Assembly (NCBI GenBank): GCA_051362555.1
Contig: CM120640.1
Span: 20,274,001-20,338,000 of the forward strand
Origin: Lingula anatina
Taxonomy: Eukaryota; Animalia; Brachiopoda
Length of the DNA: 64,000 bases
Direction: 5' to 3'
Shown: positions 14,901 through 24,828 of the stretch, one piece after another
Layout of the letters: the number at the start of each line of letters is the position of its first letter
Numbering within the stretch: the first letter of the stretch is position 1
Program-made: the position numbers and the translations under genes
The notes under the pieces: generated by a model
What the model saw: the letters and a program-made list of their open reading frames with translations, nothing else
Databases searched by the model: none
What the model was told of the DNA's origin: nothing

Positions 14901-16612
14901 TGTAGCCAGACATCTTTGACCAAGCTCTTTCATTATAATTTTGTTAACTTCAGTCATCTTCTTATCTGTAATTAAGACCATTTACCATACCTCTAGCACA
15001 TTGTTCAAGTAGGCTGTATAACATGTATGTGTATTCTCTGTGAAGGAGGACTGGACCAAGCCATCCCAGGCATGCAGCTGGTTAAACTGCTGGATGCTCC
15101 CAGATCTTACCCAGGAATTAAGTATATATGTTATGATTTAAAACGTGTACTTGTTCCTCAGATACTGATCATGGTGGATTGATCCCCAAACCAAGGACAT
15201 CTTCAACGTCCTTGCCCAAACCAACCATGACATTTACGCAGCAGCAAACACCACGCCAAGGGATGGGGGTGGAGGTCAGCTTCGCATCCACAGACCCCCC
15301 CCTTCAAATAATCCTGGATCTGGCCCTGCTCTGCATCCACTTTTGCATGCACTTTTTGTCTAAGGTATTCATTTACATATTCATTTGTGTGCCTGTCTAA
15401 ATAATAAAAGAAAAAAATTTGAAAAGACTATAAATCTTATCAAAACCCTGACAAGTATTCCCAACCAGTGCACTAAGGCAATCTAGAAGATTGATGAAAA
15501 TGTGTTTTGAGGTTTCAATTTTGACTCAAAACAATGGGTTCATGGGGTCAATTGCAACTGTCTATAGGCTAAATAAATGTATCTACAGAAGCCCAATATG
15601 TACAAATGACCCTTAAGGCAGCAGTGGTTGTCTCTAAGGCCCTAGCATCACTGTTTCAGCTCGATAAACCCATGTCTGCTGATTTAAAAGCATGTACAGG
15701 AATATAAAAAATTCAGAACAGCATACATTTATATTGGTTCTCTCTGTTAAAGCAAGATTTAGCAATCCCACAAAGTAAGAATGAAGCCATGTTCAGAAGA
15801 ATTTATATAGATATATAAAGCATGACTTCAGGAAATAGAAGCTTGATTAAAACCTATCAATAGGCAACTCTTCTACAATCCGACCCCGAGTCAAGGGGTC
15901 ACGACAGTGAAAGGTGGACGGGATAACAATGGGATAATACAGGTGATTGCAATCAATTGCAAGCAACTGTCGGCTGAAGTATGGTCCCAAGGTTTTTTAA
16001 TGTCCTTAATTTGGCATCAGCACATGTAATTCATCTAATCTTGAAAATACCAAGGATTTTAACAGGTGTTAGAAACTTTCTTTACACAAATCTTGGAAAT
16101 TCATGAATTTTGGAAATTAAAAGCAATATAACAGTATTGAATACTGGACTGTTTTCACTGTTATCTGAATTGCTTGATTGGACAAAATGCAATGGTCATG
16201 AAATACATGTATTGTCTTATTTTAAGTCCATTTAGCTCTGCTGTATTTATGGCAAATGCTTATATTCATAGCTAGAAGTATGACTCAAAGGGCCATACAT
16301 GGCGTGGTGTAAGGAAACCTACAGCCTCATTCCATGTCATCAATTATGTTGGTCTCAAGTGAGCTCAAGTAAGTCAGTCGTCTTGATAATTTGATTTTTT
16401 CCAATATCATGGAGAGCAAACCTATGATAACTGTCATTGCCTCAGCATTACAATTAAGCTGAGCTCTCTGAGTGTTTAAGTGAAGAAGAATAAATGTAAT
16501 AATTTCTTCAAAACAAGGTTACAATCATGTATGCATGTTAGAATGCTTTACTGAAGAATGTATCTAACAAACATATGGGCTGTTAAAATGCTGTAGAGAA
16601 GAACACACATAT

Positions 16613-16659
<47 letters not shown>

Positions 16660-19513
16660 AATTGTTAATTTTTTTAATTTGTTAATTTTTTTACCAAATC
16701 TATCATGAGCATATCTTTGGAACATGTCCGTGAAAATTGTTTGTTCAAGGTTCAAAAGAAGAATAGTATACATTCAGTGCAAAAAATGTATGCAAAAATG
16801 TAATATCAACATTTTTACTTCAAAATAAATAGCTATATTATGTCCATTATCCGATCACACAGGTGTACCTTTTGTACAATTAGTACCCCAAACAGGTAAA
16901 CAGGCAAAAAATTCTTGAATAAAAATGGTTGATAATTAACAGAAGTCCTCACCTGTGTCAGTTGAAGGAGTAGTAGTGTTTTCCCTAGGCAAGAATTCAA
17001 AATGAGCAGTAAAGCCCTTCTTGGGTTGAAAGCCACTTGAATTGAAATGCACATACATATCCTGTAAACTTGACTCAAACTCAATATTGTTGCCATCATT
17101 GCAAAGTTCTTTAATCACAGAACTCTGTTTATTTGGTCCATCGTGGATGATTATTTTATCATTTTGCCCCACATGACAACTGAAAAAGACAATAAAGGTA
17201 CACCAATTGATGCTGCTAGAATGTTTTATGCAGAAATTCAGTTCTCAGGAAACCCACAGTTAATAACATTCATTTAACTTCTGCAAAGATTGTTTGATAT
17301 TGATAAAGAAACATCTTACAATACATTTGGATATTACAATGTAACCCACTGCATGTAGTACAATTTAAAGTTTAAAATAATTACATACATCTTAAGACAA
17401 AAAAGTAATTCTACTAAGTTTACATACCTTCCTGGGGCATGGCCCAACTGAATGTTCTTAAATTTTATATGTACTCGTTCTCCCGGTGTTCCACGAAAAA
17501 CATAATGGCACTGGGTTTTACTTTTATAGTTTTGTGGATATCCTTGAGAGAAAAATTTTCCAGTTTTTGTGACAGTGCTATTACATATGTATCGGCACTC
17601 TAGACCTATTACTTTCATGCAGTCTTGTTTATACTGGTCTGAAAATAAACAATAAAGACTTTTCTCACATTTAAAAAGAATTTTAAAAAATTTAAAAAGA
17701 AAAGACTCATACACACAATATGGTGTGCTTAGGCCACCAGTGTGCCGTCCTCACTGAAGCCTGTGTTCCCCATGATAAAACAACAAATGAGAAATGGACA
17801 AATCATTAAGATTTGTGATGACTTTGGAAATTGTAGTCTCAGTTCAAAGTCACAGTAAGTGGGTAACTGTTGTAAAGTACTCCACTAAATTGATTTTGAT
17901 AATGCTTTTACCTTTATGGCAAAAAATCAGCTTCCCCATATATATTTTCTCAAAACACTGCATCCAAATGCACTAAATTTTCAAATCACTTCTCAAATTT
18001 CAGTCATCCTTACTGAAAATCTGAACTTTTCTTAACCTTGATATCTCAAACTTCAATGAACTCTTTGTGATGGTCTATTTTAAAGTTATATTTGTATTAC
18101 TTTCATTCCAAAAATTTGCCCCTTTTACTTTGGGGATTCAGCGTGTAGCCAGCAATTTCAAAGGAGGTCTTTTTCTAAAGCAGTTGATCTTTTTACTGCA
18201 TAGCCTCATATTTGTAGCATAATTTGAAACAATTTTAATTCAGAGCATATCTTCTCTCTAACAAAACAGTGTTTCAATAGTACCCTTGAATCCCCCATGC
18301 CTACTGTTCTGGAATTCTGGAACTCACATGCAGATACAAAGGCAAAAGATGAAGCTTGAAGTACTAAACTGTCTTACACCTACTCACCTGCTGCCAAGAA
18401 TCTAAAACGTCCCCGAAATCCCACATTTTTTTGGGCACCATTCCCTGAATGAAATTCCATCATAATAATCCTTCCTGATGAATAGTAGTCTTTCTGTATC
18501 ATAGTCATATTTCCACATATTACAGACGTAAATTCAGTGCGTTCATTTACCTCTGGTCTATCCAGATCAAGATATAAACGAAGATAATCAGCTGTTTCCC
18601 CATCTAAACACCTGAAAATAATTAGGCAAGACTTTTCATACAAAATAATTTTTTGTCAAAGTTGCAACTGATTACATGGTTATTAGTGAGTGAAAATAAA
18701 CATCTAGTTGTGCATGGAATTTGGAGATGTTTTGATGTTTCATTTTTTCAGAGTTCCAGTATATTACATAGTATAGTACCTTCCTAGCAGTGTGTGTGTG
18801 TGCATGCATACGTGCCTGCATGTGCATGTGTTCACAAGCACATGTTGCCCAGGGCTGTAGCAATAGTCTGTAGGTTCAATAGTCCAAAGGTTCATTGGTC
18901 CGAATGTTCACTATAGAACCTTCGGACCAGTGAACCTTCGGACTATCGAGATGCCCCCTGTTGGCTCATATATTTAAGAATACACCCATGTTTCATAATC
19001 TATAACATATTGTCAGTCTTTGAAAAAAATCAAACAATCCTTTGAAAATTTTATTTACTTACTTGTTTGGTGACTTTGTGCGAATGTCAAAGACCCGGAA
19101 TGATATTTCTACTATTTCATCCACTTCTCCTTTAAATGTGTACAAAATGCAATTAAGGTTGGGTGGATAATTGTCTGGATAGTTTGGAGAATGGAATTCT
19201 CCTTCAGATCTATGTTGGCTGTCATACGTCACACAACTGCAACCTGAAAATTGAAAGAGATCCTTATAGCAATGTCTGGCACAACCCAGCACAATGCAAT
19301 GTCACAACCATTGCAATCATTTGCATGTAGGCATAGAAGTGATGTTCATTCTGCCTGCCTTTCCCTGAACAACAGACCTTGGAGCCTTATTGCTAAAAGA
19401 AAATTATTTGTGAACAATTTAAATAAATAAGAAATTTGGAAAAATAATAAGATTCACTGGGAAGAGAAAACAAAAAGGATAGATGACCAAAACTATACAT
19501 CTTGATGTATGAC

Positions 19514-19545
<32 letters not shown>

Positions 19546-22500
19546 TGCACACACTCACACAATAACTTTGAAAATAAATAGTCTAAAAAATTGGGCACAG
19601 AGTAATAAAATCTTTTTTTAATTGAAAATGTGTCCTGGTGCATTTTGACCAAGAAATCAAAATATTTAATTATATATATATATGGCTATATAAACTACTT
19701 ATTAACAACTTGTCTTAATATGTGATTCTAAACATGTAAACAAACTTATATGATGATAGATATGTATGCATACTTACTTGATCATTGCCTGTGGAAAACA
19801 AATATATATATATATATATGATAATACAGTAATATCACAGTATATTTCTACTGGGGTTACCAACACAACAATGTTACCTTACCCTATACTAGCAGCTGAT
19901 ATAGAGCTTGCTAGTAATTGGTTTACCTTTGACGATATGATATGTGCTTGTGTATGCTACACACTTCTCCTGTGCTGCAGCAGAAAAGATAAACAAATCC
20001 ACAGTGACAACAAACTTAACAATAAAAGAATTCTTAGAATTGGTTTATAACGTTAATGAGTTCTTCACTTTTGTGTTTTTATTGAAGGCCTTTTATTTTC
20101 AGTAGGTTTTTCTTTTGACTTAAAAAACACATTTACCTTTCATTTTAGCCTTTAGCCAAACTAACTTAATTTAAAGTTACTAATGGACATTGTGACAGAC
20201 TAAACTTTTAACAACTGTAAAAGTCAGTCTGTGGTCAAAGCAAATGCTTATGGCAAAAGAATTCAAATAAAATGTTCATATATAAAAAGGAAAAAAAAAC
20301 ATCCCATTTCTCCATTCTTGTTGCACTTGCGTGTCAAAATATCACCATTAAGATTGCCACTTATTACAGTTTTAAATTATAACAGTAGGCATTTTTTATA
20401 ATAATGTGTTAAAAAGCATACACATTCTTTACTGAGCAGCATCTATAACACATATATAATCTGCTTAAGTGCCAGTCAACCTAGGAGAAACTTGACACAG
20501 CATTTTCAATTGTAAGAAATTGCCAAGATAATTGGACTTCTTGACAATAATTAAATTCTAGTCTCAGGAATAGTTATAAGATAACAGATGCCCAGGCCCT
20601 CCTTAAAACCACAAAGCAACTGGAGTATCCTACAAACTACGAACATTTGAAGATGGCTGGCCCACCAAATGGTCCCCAAAGTTGCTTATATTGATCATTG
20701 CAAAGCCATGGCTCACAAACATGCGATTATGTACTTGTGTCAAAACTTAATAGCCTGTAATACAAATCAAGTTAATAACCTGACTCCTACTGTTATGACT
20801 GGGCCAGTGGAGATATGTAATTTTGAAAATGTGTACAATTTAGGATCTGCTGATGGAAGATCAATTTTTTATCAGGCACGGGTAGTCAAACAAACACAGC
20901 ATTGCTGATTGAAAAGTGACTGGCAGAATAAAAGTGTGAAAAAAAAATTAAAAAGTGCAAACTAAAGTAAAAAACCTATTGTAACTAGAGGATCAGAGAG
21001 GCGATACCGCCTCCGAATATTGTACCACCAGCTGGGGTTAGCGCGATCGTATAGACCCCCACACACACAAAAAAGGGACACCACCACCAGTCTTGTGCTT
21101 GACAAGCTGTAAAAAATGCAATCAACAAGAATTCTCAAAATATGCAAAAAAAATATATAACTAAAAATGGTACAATCAAAGTTCAGTTCATAGTAAGGTA
21201 GGTCAAAGGTCAATTTCAAAACACAGTAAATTTCCAGTATATGACTTCCTATTCAAGTTCAATAGCAACTATGGACCTATCTCTGCCAGTTTTGGAGATA
21301 AAAGGGAACCAAAATTTGTAAACTTCAATTCATGATAAAAAGTAGGTCAAACAAATTTCAAGGTCACACTTAGTTTGCCAGTATATGACTTCCTATTCAA
21401 ATTCAATAGTAACTATGGGCGTATCTTATCAGTTTTGGAAATAAAAGGGAACCAAAATTTGCAAAATTCAATTCATGATGAAAAGTAGGTCAAAGGTTAA
21501 TTTCAAGGTCACATTTAGATTGTCAGTATATGACTTCCTGTTCAAGTTCAATAGTAACTATGGACCTATCTCTGCTAGTTTTGGAGATAAAAGGGAACAA
21601 AATTTGCAAAGTTCAGATCATGGTTAAAAGTAGGTCAAAGGTCAATTTCAAGGTCACAGTAAATTGCCTCGTTTGACTTTCTTTTCAAGTTCAATAGTAA
21701 CCATAGACCTATCTCTGCCAGTTTTGGAGATAAAAGGGAACAAAATTTGCAAAGTTCAGTTTATGGTGTAAAGTAGGTCAAAGGTCAATTTCAAGGTCAC
21801 ATTTAGATTGCCAATATATGACTTCCTATTCAAGTTCAATAGTAACTATGGACCTATCTCTGCCGGTTTTGGAGATAAAAGGGAACCAAAATTTGTAAAC
21901 TTTATTTCATGATGAAAAGTAGGTCAAAGGTCAATTTCAAGGTCACACTTAGATTGCCTCGTATGACTTTCTATTCAAATTCAATAGTAACTATGGGCGT
22001 ATCTCTGCCAGTTTTGAAAATAAAAGCATTAAAAAATTGCAAAGTTCAGTTTATGGTGTAAAGTAGGTCAAAGGTCAATTTTAAGGTCACATTTAGATTG
22101 CCAGTATATGACTTCCTATTCAAGTTCAATAGTAACTATGGACCTATCTCTGTTAGTTTTGGAGATAAAAAGGAACAAAATTTGTAAACTTCATATCATG
22201 ATGAAAAGTAGGTCAAAGGTCAATTTCAAGGTCACAGTAAATTGCCTCGTATGACTTTCTATTCAAATTCAATAGTAACTATGGGCGTATCTCTGCCAGT
22301 TTTGAAAATAAAAGCATTAAAAATTTGCAAAGTTCAGTTTATGGTGTAAAGTAGGTCAAAGGTCAATTTCAAGGTCACATTTAGATTGCCAGTATATAAC
22401 TTCCTATTCAAGATCAATAGTAACTATGGACCTATCTCTGCCAGTTTTGGAGATAAAAGGGAACCAAAATTTGCAAAATTCAATTCATGATGAAAAGTAG

Positions 22501-24828
22501 GTCAAAGGTTAATTTCAAGGTCACATTTAGATTGCCAGTATATGACTTCCTATTCAAGTTCAATAGTAACTATGGACCTATCTCTGCCAGTTTTGGAGAT
22601 AAAAGGGAACCAAAATTTGCAAAGTTCAATTCATGATGAAAAGTAGGTCAAAGGTCAATTTCAAGGTCACACTTAGATTGCCAGTATAATTATGATTTCC
22701 TATTCAAGTTCAATAGTAACCATGGACCTATCTCTGCCAGTTTTGGAGATATAAGGGACTAAATGTTATAATTTTGGAGTTACAATAATGTGCCATAAAT
22801 TTCGTACAGAAAAAATTAATTAAAATAAAGAAAAGGTCATTTTGGCCAAAATTCTTGAAATGGGAGGTGCTCTGAAGTTCCAGATATTCAAATTTGATGA
22901 AATAATGTCATTTGTGATCACAGGTTGTCTGCCTCGCCAAGCCTTATGTTTTATTTTTCGGGAGTTCAAAATTTATTATCCATTACCGTACTGCACATTT
23001 TGCTTTCACCACCAATATGTACTTTTTGATACAGCGTAACTCGAAAACCGTATGGAATACAAAAAAATGGAGACCACTTCCAGTGTTGGGCTTTACATGC
23101 TGTACAAAATGCAAAAAAGAATGGGTCTCTAGCACTAACGGTTCCTGAATTAGAGACAGTTTTCAGTTTCGGTATCTTATGGCCGCTACTCCCGTGAAAA
23201 TGCACCGATTGACCCCAAATTCACAGAGATGAAAGATGACCCAAAGGGTAACACTTTCCAGTAATATTATTGGTTAAGTCTGTGTAGTGTCTGAATAACA
23301 GCGCAAAAAAAAATTTTTTCGTAAAAAATTTCATTTTTTTGAAAATTTTGGCCCGTTTGACCTTGAAATAAAGGTCAAAGGTCAAATCCAAGGGCATATT
23401 TTAAATCTACACATATGACTTTTGGAAAGCCGTCTGTACAAATTTTTCCCATAATTCCTTCCGTAGGGTAGATAATTAGCATTTAATTTTGCCATTTTTG
23501 GACAAGGGTGCATTGCAATGAGTGCCACACCTAGACCCCAATACCGACAAAGCCCAAATTTTACGTGGAACGAGTTGAGATTATAGGTGACCTAAATCCA
23601 AGAGATGGGTACGCTGGCCCTAGTAGTCTAGGAGGAGAAGCGGTAACGGTGACTTGGCGGCGGAGCCGCAGGGGCGAGCGGAGCCGCAGGAGCCGGCGGA
23701 GCCGGCGGAACATACGGGTCGGGACTAAAACCATGTGTACCGCCAGCGCCTACGCTGGTGGTACAATAATTTTTAAAGAAAGATAAACAGAAGTGAGAAT
23801 GAAGAGATAAGCTCATATCGAACAGAATCAGGAAATAAAGGATGACAGTAGTGACCAGTAAAAACTCTGAGTAAGGCCTGCCTCATCTGAACTGCCTACT
23901 TCTATTAACTGAACTGCCTAATTCCTTGAAACCAAGTTGAAGCTTAGTTTTATAATATGTCCACAAATCAGCACACATTAAATGAAATTACCATACTTGA
24001 AAAATGGTTTAGAAAAAAGCCGACAAAGTGCTAAATTGCTGTAATTTTCAGAAACTGGTACATGCCTTATAAATGGATTAGATGTTTACTAACACTACCC
24101 ACAGATCTTTTAGCACTAACACCCACATTAACCACATGACCCACAAATTAACCAACACTACCAGAGTGGATGAATGTTAGTGCTAGAAATCTTTCTAGTA
24201 GTGGTAAATACTTTTACGGTGTGTTGGTTAATTTGTGGGTTATGTAGTTAATATGGGCATTAGTGCTAAAAGATCTGTGGGCAGTGTTAGTAAAAGCCTT
24301 ATCCATTTATAAGGCCTGTGGTGTCTTTTTTCCAATGAGTATCTGGACATTTGAAACAATGATTAAATCATAAACCACTCAAGGACTCTTCTCATTTATT
24401 GTGAATCACCTTTGTTCCCTTCCCTGTGCTAATCTATTGTTGATAACATGCTCAGCATGATAAACAATTATGGACTTACTCATTTTAGACAGTATCAACT
24501 GTCATGCACTGAGAAAAATCAAGGGATAAATAAGACTGGCATCATATTCAAAATTCTAAAACCCATGCTGAGTGATATCAAGAGTGCATGATAATTGCTG
24601 CATTGAGTTTAATATGGAATTTCACTAAAAGTTTCACATTCTTGAACAGTGATGATTAAAAGTGTGTGGCACAGGCATGCATGTGTGTGCATTTGTGCAT
24701 TTCAGAGGTGCGTTTGCACGCATATGAGTGGAGAAGGTATAGATATACTGACCTGGCCAGATGGTTGCATAGCTGAGGATAAAAGACAATTCCAGACATA
24801 GAATTAGCAGGATGGCATGGAGACACAT
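1463..24828 (-). CDS. sol-1: Multi-exon gene: signal peptide + 4 CUB domains, SOL-1 (suppressor of lurcher protein 1)-like; 3' part lies outside the window. Exons: 24753-24828, 19063-19243, 18388-18611, 17428-17638, 16953-17179, 3519-3702, 2474-2667 (or 2703), 2168-2212, 1463-1634
   Basis: All exons have AG/GT boundaries and phase-compatible joins (1,2,1,2,1,2,1,1,2) giving one open frame. CUB motifs seen: GEFHSPNYPDNYPPNLNC, GKFFSQGYPQNYKSKTQCHYVF, GTFSSPNYPGNYPKQTECHYRF, GFRGRFRF, GFTAHFEF. The CSC start, the CILYTF motif, LDRPEVNE and four tandem CUBs match my recollection of SOL-1 family proteins; orthology is not search-verified. Confidence 0.8.
2168..2212 (-). CDS. sol-1: 45-nt linker exon (DNGLKCENGDALNNT)
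   Basis: Long T-rich acceptor tttctttttgtttttcag, donor G|gtagta; symmetric phase 1-1, open frame. Confidence 0.75.
2474..2703 (-). CDS. sol-1: CUB3 C-terminal half exon (...RCDDKAELFASGEDEAFGTYC...MSHNNKLEVQFTS...FCFHYKFRT); acceptor either at 2703 or 2667
   Basis: Donor G|gtgagc; two phase-2-compatible cag acceptors 36 nt apart; MS...LEVQF.S and Y.F motifs. Confidence 0.85.
3519..3702 (-). CDS. sol-1: CUB3 N-terminal half exon (GSKESCNHNFSSFLQKEGTNCTTINSILYPKPQKCTYSFSGSGKEKVQLNFTDFHLKNPLS); not in the ORF track
   Basis: Strong acceptor ttttccttctctttttag, donor AG|gtaaga; CTYSF.G...EKVQLNFTDF.L CUB signature. Confidence 0.88.
5070..5358. repeat. Direct tandem duplication, 2 x 141 bp
   Basis: ggaaaatcatcatgacatat... 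at 5070 and 5211, near-identical. Confidence 0.92.
5752..6117. mobile_element. PIF/Harbinger-type MITE
   Basis: ~28-bp TIR ggccacac(t/a)gatttaattttatggatga; TAA on both flanks. Confidence 0.8.
6878..6930. repeat. (TTA)n microsatellite
   Basis: Direct reading. Confidence 0.95.
7146..7248 (-). CDS. Second signal-peptide first exon (MVLKMWRYSTLVLFLLLQCSGCLSQDFSQDGKNR) inside the CUB2-CUB3 intron
   Basis: ATG, basic n-region, hydrophobic h-region, small-residue C-L-S cleavage-like site; donor G|gtgggt in phase 1 is in frame with the 3702 exon. Confidence 0.65.
8877..8946. repeat. (AAAT)n microsatellite
   Basis: Direct reading. Confidence 0.95.
9737..9845. repeat. Dispersed repeat fragment, second copy at ~11889-11990
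   Basis: Shared atctttccagaa.ctaaagtgaaaatggctttg...gaaaatccaatat.cagta. Confidence 0.75.
10199..10422. mobile_element. Palindromic MITE, probably PIF/Harbinger-type
   Basis: ~65-bp inverted arms (cgttcacatgaaaa...gatcac / gtgatc...catgtgaacg); TAA and TTA flanks. Confidence 0.8.
11060..11173. mobile_element. MITE family A (TIR caggcctacccaact), internally deleted copy
   Basis: 15-bp TIR, 5-bp TSD attta; matches 29523-29790. Confidence 0.85.
14464..14792. mobile_element. Non-autonomous DNA transposon, Kolobok-like
   Basis: ttaa|agggataacaact ... agttgttatcct; second inverted copy at ~34460-34785. Confidence 0.65.
15203..15396 (-). CDS. Candidate alternative terminal exon after CUB2 (DRHTNEYVNEYLRQKVHAKVDA...GR*)
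   Basis: Long pyrimidine tract + tag acceptor at 15397-15420; phase-1 frame stays open for 63 codons to TGA; includes a transposon-end fragment at ~15290-15328. Confidence 0.35.
16617..16656. repeat. (CA)n microsatellite (others at ~19515-19560 and 47087-47125)
   Basis: Direct reading. Confidence 0.95.
16953..17179 (-). CDS. sol-1: CUB2 C-terminal half exon plus Thr-rich linker start (CHVGQNDKIIIHDG...LCN...GFTAHFEFLPRENTTTPSTDT)
   Basis: tttttcag acceptor, G|gtgagg donor (phase 1); IHDG, LC and GF motifs. Confidence 0.92.
17428..17638 (-). CDS. sol-1: Linker + CUB2 N-terminal half exon (DQYKQDCMKVIGLECRYICNS...GKFFSQGYPQNYKSKTQCHYVFRGTPGERVHIKF)
   Basis: ttttcag acceptor, AG|gtatgt donor, CUB motifs. 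Confidence 0.92.
18139..18311. mobile_element. MITE family B, decayed copy
   Basis: gtagccagcaatttcaaagg end; flanks ggatt/gaatt. Confidence 0.55.
18388..18611 (-). CDS. sol-1: CUB1 C-terminal half exon (CLDGETADYLRLYLDLDRPEVNE...ICG...YYSSGRIIMMEFHS...GFRGRFRFLAA)
   Basis: ttttcag acceptor, G|gtgagt donor; DYL, CG, FHS and GF motifs of CUB. Confidence 0.92.
18865..18958. repeat. Small foldback element with ~16-bp subterminal repeats
   Basis: gtcc(g/a)aaggttca units facing gaaccttcggac units. Confidence 0.55.
19063..19243 (-). CDS. sol-1: CUB1 N-terminal half exon (GCSCVTYDSQHRSEGEFHSPNYPDNYPPNLNCILYTFKGEVDEIVEISFRVFDIRTKSPNK)
   Basis: ttttcag acceptor, AA|gtaagt donor, CUB SPNYP motif. 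Confidence 0.92.
20983..23769. mobile_element. Helentron/HINE-like non-autonomous element with internal tandem array
   Basis: Starts aactagag with a short hairpin gaggcg-atac-cgcctc; 15-bp subterminal inverted repeat tattgtaccaccagc (21018-21032) / gctggtggtacaata (23754-23768); terminal stem-loop 23736-23765; GC-rich short repeats at 23655-23710; no TSD; A/T-run flanks. Confidence 0.8.
21165..22760. repeat. Tandem array, 11 copies of a 143-146 bp monomer
   Basis: gtaggtcaa anchor at 21198, 21342, 21485, 21630, 21773, 21919, 22063, 22208, 22351, 22497, 22643. Confidence 0.95.
24061..24318. mobile_element. Palindromic MITE family C (TIR ca[t/g]gccttataaatggat)
   Basis: ~100-bp imperfect inverted arms; flanks tggta/tggtg. 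Confidence 0.8.
24753..24828 (-). CDS. sol-1: First coding exon, signal peptide MCLHAILLILCLELSFILSYATIWP(G)
   Basis: Acceptor tttcag directly before ATG; hydrophobic core; donor G|gtcagt in phase 1 joins the 19243 exon in frame (G-C-S-C). Confidence 0.75.

Noticed and set aside
21165-22760. CRISPR-like regularly spaced repeats
   Set aside because: Whole monomers repeat with no unique spacers, no cas genes, and the context is eukaryotic and intronic.
23565-23816. Arg-rich and Pro/Ala-rich ORFs
   Set aside because: Translations of the GC-rich short repeats at the end of the HINE-like element.
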